A stretch of DNA of 64,000 bases from an uncultured Peptococcaceae bacterium. GTDB taxonomy: Bacteria > Bacillota > Peptococcia > Peptococcales > Peptococcaceae. The translations under genes were made by a program, and so were the position numbers. Below, piece by piece: positions 59,566-64,000 of the stretch. How positions within the stretch are numbered: the first letter of the stretch is position 1; each line of letters starts with the position of its first letter. The notes beneath the pieces are model-generated. The model had not been told where the DNA came from, did no database searches, and saw only the letters and a list, made by a program, of their open reading frames with translations. The stretch spans positions 932-64,931 of the forward strand of contig CAKQDL010000003.1 of assembly GCA_934229395.1 (NCBI GenBank), read 5' to 3'.

Positions 59566-59766
59566 ATGTTAATTACCAAAGAAATGCCAATTTCCGATAC
59601 TGTGAAAAAATATCCTGCTACCGCTCCTGTTTTCATGCAATTTGGCATGGGCTGCCTCGGTTGCGCTGCTGCTCGCTTCGAAAATATCGAACAAGGCGCT
59701 GTTGTTCACGGCATTGACGTAGACGCACTCATGGCTGCACTCAATAAGGTGGCTGAAGAAGCATAA
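59566..59766 (+). CDS. DUF1858 redox-disulfide small protein (hybrid-cluster-protein-associated type)
   Basis: 66 aa: MLITKEMPISDTVKKYPATAPVFMQFGMGCLGCAAARFENIEQGA with a CxxC motif. Strong AAGGAGGA RBS. The track ORF from 59392 is over-extended. Confidence 0.8.
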   Translation: MLITKEMPISDTVKKYPATAPVFMQFGMGCLGCAAARFENIEQGAVVHGIDVDALMAALNKVAEEA

Positions 59767-59803
59767 AGCTCACCGCAGTACTACAAAACACCACTAATAA
59801 AAA

Positions 59804-59850
59804 AGAGCAAGATTACCCTATTACTTATTGGGTGTCTTGTTCTTTTTTAT
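59804..59850 (+). terminator. rho-independent terminator after the DUF1858 gene
   Basis: AGAGCAAGA, loop, TCTTGTTCT followed by T6. Confidence 0.7.
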
Positions 59851-60018
59851 TACACTTTATATGATGATTTTTCAATTTTTTCTCTACCTTAACTCTTATA
59901 TGCGTAAAGCCTCCAGCACGAAAACGTAATGAGCCCTACTTTATGCACACCCCAAACCCCGTGGGTTGCGCGTGGGTTGAAAAATATATAAAATTTGGTA
60001 AGATTCGGAACACTAACC

Positions 60019-60066
60019 AAAAAGAAAAAGCCCACAAATACGCGATTTGAGCGGATTTGTAAGGCT
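60019..60066 (-). terminator. probable terminator downstream of the RNase P RNA
   Basis: On the minus strand: GCCTTACAAAT, 15-nt loop, ATTTGTGGGC, followed by TTTTTCTTTTT. Confidence 0.55.
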
Positions 60067-60082
60067 TTGACTTTTTTATTTG

Positions 60083-60403
60083 ATTAGTGGGTAATAAGCC
60101 GGGTTCTGTATTAGTAATCATCTATCTCGAATTTGTGTTACCACAAATCTCTAGCGACCTACCCAAAACAGAACGGGTCATTCTATTGTTTTTATTAGGT
60201 CTTGCTCCGAATGGGGTTTACCTAGCCAACTGGTCACCCAGTTGCTGGTGCGCTCTTACCGCACCGTTTCATCCTTACCTTTTCAGGCGGTTTGTTTTCT
60301 GTGGCACTTTCCTTAAGGTCACCCTCACTGGCCGTTAGCCAGCATCCTACCCTGTGGAGCCCGGACTTTCCTCAGCTTGCGCCGCGATCACTGCCCACTA
60401 ACC
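60083..60403 (-). ncRNA. rnpB: RNase P RNA, bacterial type A
   Basis: The minus strand contains GAGGAAAGTCCGGGCTCCACAGGG (P4 5' strand), GGTAAGGATGAAACGGTGCGGTAAGAGCGCACC (as in E. coli M1 RNA), GGTAAACCCC and ACAGAACCCGGCTTA (P4 3' strand). P1 pairs TTAGTGGG with CCCACTAA. Confidence 0.93.
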
Positions 60404-60409
60404 TTAAAT

Positions 60410-60438
60410 ATTATAGTTGGTTGCGTGATAATTTTCAA
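60410..60438 (-). promoter_or_regulatory. consensus sigma-70 promoter of rnpB
   Basis: On the minus strand: TTGAAA, 17-nt spacer, TATAAT. It ends about 7 nt before the P1 5' strand. Confidence 0.75.
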
Positions 60439-60441
60439 GGC

Positions 60442-61092
60442 TTAGAATGCACTTAACGCATCTTTTGCCAACTCGGTAACGCATTTGTTTTGCACTTCGC
60501 CATTTTGGTAAATGGTAGCAATTCTATTATCTTCACACCATGCTTGAAGCAAGTCTTTCATTGTGTCTTGCGGATAAGCTTTGCAAAAAATGGATGCGTA
60601 GGCATGAAGCTCTGCTTCATCGTAGCGTTCGAACCATGTCATGGTGTTTGGCAAAAATTCCATAACCTTGTCCGAATGATGTTCCATCATTTGTGGTAAA
60701 GTCCAATATAGACCTGCAAAGCAAATTTCATTCAAATCGCAATGGTAAAACCAAGGGCCAAGAAATTCACGAAATTGCTTTCCTGGCACATTGGCAACAA
60801 TGCTTCCAATCACTTCAGCGGAAGCCCAAGGCACATTGGCGCTTTCTTCACACATTTGCCAAGTGAAGCGTCTTATAATGTTACGGAATAAATCATCCTG
60901 CTCTGGGGCATGGCTGCCTGCAAGCTTGCCAATAAATTCAATGGCGCGCCAACGCGTAATTTCGTGTGGCATCCCATATACATGCATTTGGAGCATGCGT
61001 GATGTTGTGGCAGCACTTTCGTTAAAGCACGCTTCAACGATGTCATAATCTCCAATTTGCAATGCTTTTTGAATTTCTTTTCTGATGTTCAT
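60442..61092 (-). CDS. hypothetical helical-repeat (HEAT/ARM-like) protein; possibly DVU0298 family, from memory only
   Basis: 216 aa, all-helical appearance, no catalytic motif that I recognise. Contains the motif ESANVPWASAEVIGSI. Confidence 0.6.
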   Translation of the reverse strand: MNIRKEIQKALQIGDYDIVEACFNESAATTSRMLQMHVYGMPHEITRWRAIEFIGKLAGSHAPEQDDLFRNIIRRFTWQMCEESANVPWASAEVIGSIVANVPGKQFREFLGPWFYHCDLNEICFAGLYWTLPQMMEHHSDKVMEFLPNTMTWFERYDEAELHAYASIFCKAYPQDTMKDLLQAWCEDNRIATIYQNGEVQNKCVTELAKDALSAF

Positions 61093-61106
61093 GGCTGTGC
61101 CCTCTA

Positions 61107-62216
61107 CTAGCTGTTCATGATTTGAACAAGCATATTATTATAGATATTTTCCCCATAACCATTTCCTGGTACAGCCCACTTTCCGTTTAAATCTGTAAGA
61201 TAAGTAGCTGTACCTCTATTGCCGTGAGCAAAGCGGCCATCAACCAATTCGCAACCTGCTGGAAGTGCGGCTGTGGTTGCGTAAGAGTACATGTGCTGAA
61301 TATGCGCTTCTACGCCTGTTGCTACAGAATCATAACACCAGCCATGAATGCCTACTTGCAAATATGCTTTTTGGTGATTAACAGAAGAGAAATATTGTGA
61401 TTCCATTTCTTCTTCTGTGGTAGCATGACCAATAGCGCCGAGACCACAATAGTTATTTTGCCAAGGTTTTACTTCATTGCCGTATTGAAAATATCCGGTT
61501 TCGAGCAAAGCTTGCGCAAGGGCAACATCACCACGAATGTTGTATTTTTGACCAATGGTGTAGTAATACTCAGCAATGTTTGTTGGGAATGGTACGAACG
61601 TGGTGCCATTAGCAGCACATTTTTGGCGAAGTTCAACTTCCTTGTTGGTAAGGTAACGTTGCATTTGCTCTAAGCTAGAATAGCTTGCGCCTTGAAGCGT
61701 CACTTCATCAGCACTTTGTGGCTTTCCACTTTGCGTATTCCCGTTTTCGTTAGAACCATTGTTGCTGCTTGTAGAAATCATCACGGTTTGGCTATTTTGA
61801 TTCCACTCTACATCAGCCCCTAGGTTTTCGCTAACAACACGCACTGGCACCATGGTATAACCACTTTGGGTGATGTATGGCATACCTGTAGAGGTGCTGG
61901 TGTTCAGCTTGGTGCCATTTACATAAATTTGTACGCTAGAAGAAACGCCTTGAACAGCACTAAGATCCGTGTTAATCAAAACACTTCGGGTATCATTGTC
62001 CCACTCTACATCGTTGCCCATACCTTCACTTACGAGGCGAAGCGGTACATACACGCGATTATTAATGTTTTGCGGGGATGGTACGCCGGGCTTTGAAAAA
62101 ACAACATTATTTATAGAAATACTGGCAGAGGCTGCTTCGACAGTAGTTGGTACTGCTACGGAGCCAGCAACCATGACGCCGAGTGTGCAAGTTGCAATAA
62201 TTTTTTTAAGATTCAT
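61107..62216 (-). CDS. secreted cell-wall hydrolase: two copper-amine-oxidase-N-like (stalk) repeats plus a C-terminal glucosaminidase-like domain
   Basis: Signal peptide. Repeats VYVPLRLVSEGMGNDVEWDNDTRSVLI and TMVPVRVVSENLGADVEWNQNSQTVMI. The C-terminal AQALLETGYF..NNYCGLGA resembles the PF01832 motifs. Confidence 0.65.
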   Translation of the reverse strand: MNLKKIIATCTLGVMVAGSVAVPTTVEAASASISINNVVFSKPGVPSPQNINNRVYVPLRLVSEGMGNDVEWDNDTRSVLINTDLSAVQGVSSSVQIYVNGTKLNTSTSTGMPYITQSGYTMVPVRVVSENLGADVEWNQNSQTVMISTSSNNGSNENGNTQSGKPQSADEVTLQGASYSSLEQMQRYLTNKEVELRQKCAANGTTFVPFPTNIAEYYYTIGQKYNIRGDVALAQALLETGYFQYGNEVKPWQNNYCGLGAIGHATTEEEMESQYFSSVNHQKAYLQVGIHGWCYDSVATGVEAHIQHMYSYATTAALPAGCELVDGRFAHGNRGTATYLTDLNGKWAVPGNGYGENIYNNMLVQIMNS

Positions 62217-62315
62217 CTTCTCATCCTTTCTGTACTACATATTGTAGTTCATACTGCACTTATGGTATCATAAATACTAGTGATTTTCCATTACCAAAGA
62301 AAGGTTGATAGAATA

Positions 62316-62837
62316 ATGTCAAATCCACAAGTAGAAATCCTCATGAAAAGTGGCAATACAATGACAGTAGAACTGTATCCTGAAGTTGCCCCAAACACTG
62401 TAAACAATTTTTTATTTTTAGCGAACAACGGTTTTTATAATGGACTCACCTTCCACCGTATCATCAGCGGCTTTATGATTCAAGGTGGCGATCCACAAGG
62501 CTCTGGTATGGGTGGCCCTGGCTATTCCATTAAGGGTGAATTCAAACAAAACGGCGTAGATAACGATCTTCGTCACGACCGTGGTGTTATCTCTATGGCA
62601 CGTTCCATGCATCCAGACAGCGCTGGTTCCCAATTCTTTATCATGCACAAAGCTGCTCCACATCTTGATGGTGCTTATGCTGCTTTTGGCAAGCTCGTTG
62701 ACGGCTTCGATGAATTGGATCGTATTGCAGCTGTACGCACTGGTTTTTCTGATAAGCCTGCAGAATCCGTCGTTATTGATAAGATGACCGTTGTTCTCAA
62801 TGGCTACGAACCAAAACAACCAGAAGTTATTAAGTAA
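62316..62837 (+). CDS. ppiB: peptidyl-prolyl cis-trans isomerase, cyclophilin type
   Basis: FHRIISGFMIQGGDP, SMARS and GSQFFI motifs. The ATG at 62316 is preferred. Confidence 0.93.
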   Translation: MSNPQVEILMKSGNTMTVELYPEVAPNTVNNFLFLANNGFYNGLTFHRIISGFMIQGGDPQGSGMGGPGYSIKGEFKQNGVDNDLRHDRGVISMARSMHPDSAGSQFFIMHKAAPHLDGAYAAFGKLVDGFDELDRIAAVRTGFSDKPAESVVIDKMTVVLNGYEPKQPEVIK

Positions 62838-62945
62838 TTTTACACAAAATGCACCAAGCAGAAGATCATCGAACCTTTGGCTTAACAGTGATAATGAACT
62901 AATTCACTTATCAACTGTTAGCTGACGGGTTTTGGGTGCATACAG

Positions 62946-62987
62946 AACTCCCGTCTGATTCCTAACAGGAATTGGGCGGGAGTTTTT
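62946..62987 (+). terminator. rho-independent terminator, about 110 nt after the ppiB stop
   Basis: AACTCCCG, 23-nt loop, CGGGAGTT followed by T5. Confidence 0.65.
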
Positions 62988-63020
62988 CCTTTCAAAATAC
63001 ATATATCGGAGGACAACACC

Positions 63021-63266
63021 ATGAATAATATGATTTCCTGTGAATTTAACATCGACACCGCCTGTGTGGAGCTTCGCTACACTGACGGCAGCATGATTTC
63101 CATTGACTGCACCGCCGTGGAGAACGAGGTTGCAGACAATATGTACCAGAGGTCAGAGCTGGACTGGCTGATTTACAATGACCCGGCAGCCTATGCAGAT
63201 TTAATTCTCAACGGCGACCCGGAAACATACCTAAAAACCGTAACAGAATATAAACCTTTGGACTGA
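63021..63266 (+). CDS. small conserved hypothetical protein (81 aa), atypical composition
   Basis: GGAGGA RBS 7 nt upstream. GC-rich codon choices (CTG, GAC, ACC, GCC) unlike the rest of the window. No motif that I recognise. Confidence 0.6.
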   Translation: MNNMISCEFNIDTACVELRYTDGSMISIDCTAVENEVADNMYQRSELDWLIYNDPAAYADLILNGDPETYLKTVTEYKPLD

Positions 63267-63281
63267 TACCAGAGATAACGC

Positions 63282-63327
63282 AAGCCGCCTGTGCGGGCAT
63301 GAGAAACGCTCGTACAGGCGGCTTTTG
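63282..63327. terminator. terminator hairpin between convergent genes
   Basis: AAGCCGCCTGT, 21-nt loop, ACAGGCGGCTT followed by TTT. Confidence 0.65.
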
Positions 63328-63353
63328 AAATATCATGTGTTGGAAAGGAATTC

Positions 63354-64000
63354 TTAAAGTTCATTGATTGTGTCAGTAACAGCCATGCTTCGCATCCTCT
63401 TTGACGGCGTATACACAGCCAAAATGCAGGAAGCAGAAATCAATAGAACGATAATCCCCATTGGGATTACAGGAACTTCCCATGACCCTCCGAAGTGTGT
63501 GACAATTACTTTCACATAAATCAGATAGTGAAGCAGTAGTCCTAAGATGAATCCGGAAACCGTGCCACAGGCTGCATAAGTAACCGCTTCAGCCGTTATC
63601 ATTTTTGTAATCTGACGATTCTCCATACCAACAGCTCGCATTGCTCCATACTTCTTCATTCTTGCGGACACACTCATTGAAATACTGTTCATAATGTTTA
63701 GCACCGTAATAAAAGAAATGATTGCAAGGAAACCATAAGCTGCGAGCCGGAAAACCCAATAGGAACCATTGACATCACTATTTTCTGCTCGATTATCTGC
63801 GAATGAGTAATTGCTTGATAGTTTACGGATTTGGTCAAACGATGCCTTTGGTATATCTTTTTCCAATACCACACTTATCATTGCATAGTCCTGTTCGCCG
63901 GTCAGACGTTTATAGGTTTCTTCTGAGCAGATCATTGTTGCCGAACCGCTGACGCTGCCGACTCCCTCGGAAACAATACACCCAATTTCAATTTCTTCAT
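63354..64000 (-). CDS. FtsX-like (MacB/BceB-type) ABC transporter permease, C-terminal part (5' end is off the window)
   Basis: The reading frame stays open to the window edge. The C-terminal FtsX domain has three TM helices (FLAIISFITVLNIMNSISMSVSARMKKYGAMRAVGM). Confidence 0.8.
   Translation of the reverse strand, partial: EEIEIGCIVSEGVGSVSGSATMICSEETYKRLTGEQDYAMISVVLEKDIPKASFDQIRKLSSNYSFADNRAENSDVNGSYWVFRLAAYGFLAIISFITVLNIMNSISMSVSARMKKYGAMRAVGMENRQITKMITAEAVTYAACGTVSGFILGLLLHYLIYVKVIVTHFGGSWEVPVIPMGIIVLLISASCILAVYTPSKRMRSMAVTDTINEL

Noticed and set aside
59223-59717. 164-aa + strand ORF spanning the tcdA 5' end, the intergenic region and the DUF1858 gene.
   Set aside because: It is antisense to tcdA and out of frame with the well-supported 66-aa DUF1858 CDS, which has a strong RBS. 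There are no motifs, so it is spurious.
59936-60338. ORF-track entries 59936-60121 (-) and 60087-60338 (+).
   Set aside because: They overlap the RNase P RNA gene and its terminator. The RNA signature motifs explain this sequence.
1-64000. Search for mobile elements, CRISPR arrays, tRNA/rRNA genes, toxin-antitoxin pairs or defence islands.
   Set aside because: I could not recognise any transposase, integrase or recombinase motifs, repeat-spacer arrays, tRNA cloverleaf signatures (GGTTCGAATCC-like) or small paired ORFs typical of TA modules. Apart from the last ~1.2 kb, the window is core housekeeping DNA.

Overview
This window looks like core chromosome from a low-GC (about 40%) Firmicute. 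About 60 housekeeping genes are packed tightly, and 59 consecutive genes (7210-59463) all lie on the minus strand.

Recognisable blocks:
- carB (5' part), then a + strand operon of a CBS protein, a split ThrE-type exporter and a poly-ferredoxin, then yebC and dut.
- A long minus-strand run: hepS/hepT, sirC-hemA-hemC-cobA/hemD-hemB-hemL, miaB and a ylbF/ymcA-like gene.
- A PNP / MtnA / class II aldolase trio.
- ftsEX, dapL, murI, and the rsfS-yqeK-nadD-proB-yhbY block.
- The rimP-nusA-ylxR-ylxQ-infB-rbfA-nrnA-truB-ribF block, then plsX-acpP.
- The rpe-rsgA-prkC-stp-rlmN-rsmB-fmt-def-priA block, then metK-coaBC-rpoZ-gmk-remA-yicC.
- glyQS with a T-box leader, then recO, nrdR, trxA and tcdA.

I can support two structured RNAs. 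One is a glycine T-box leader. The other is a type-A RNase P RNA with its own consensus promoter and terminator. Type A argues against Bacilli and fits Clostridia or Negativicutes.

I found no rRNA, tRNA, CRISPR array, transposase or integrase. The last ~1.2 kb (after about 62.85 kb) shifts to higher GC and different codon usage. It carries a small orphan ORF and an FtsX-type ABC permease, so it may be the edge of acquired DNA.

I do not see a convincing novel multi-gene system here. The best leads are:
- the PunA-type phosphorylase / MtnA / aldolase cluster, a variant of the DHAP shunt;
- the translationally coupled CBS, split-ThrE and poly-ferredoxin operon;
- the Cys-rich RicA/YlbF-like protein attached to the hem-miaB transcription unit;
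- an orphan 400-bp noncoding gap;
- the compositional break at the right end.

All protein identifications come from motif recognition by eye, not from database searches. RNA ends and promoter or terminator coordinates are good to about +/-5 nt.
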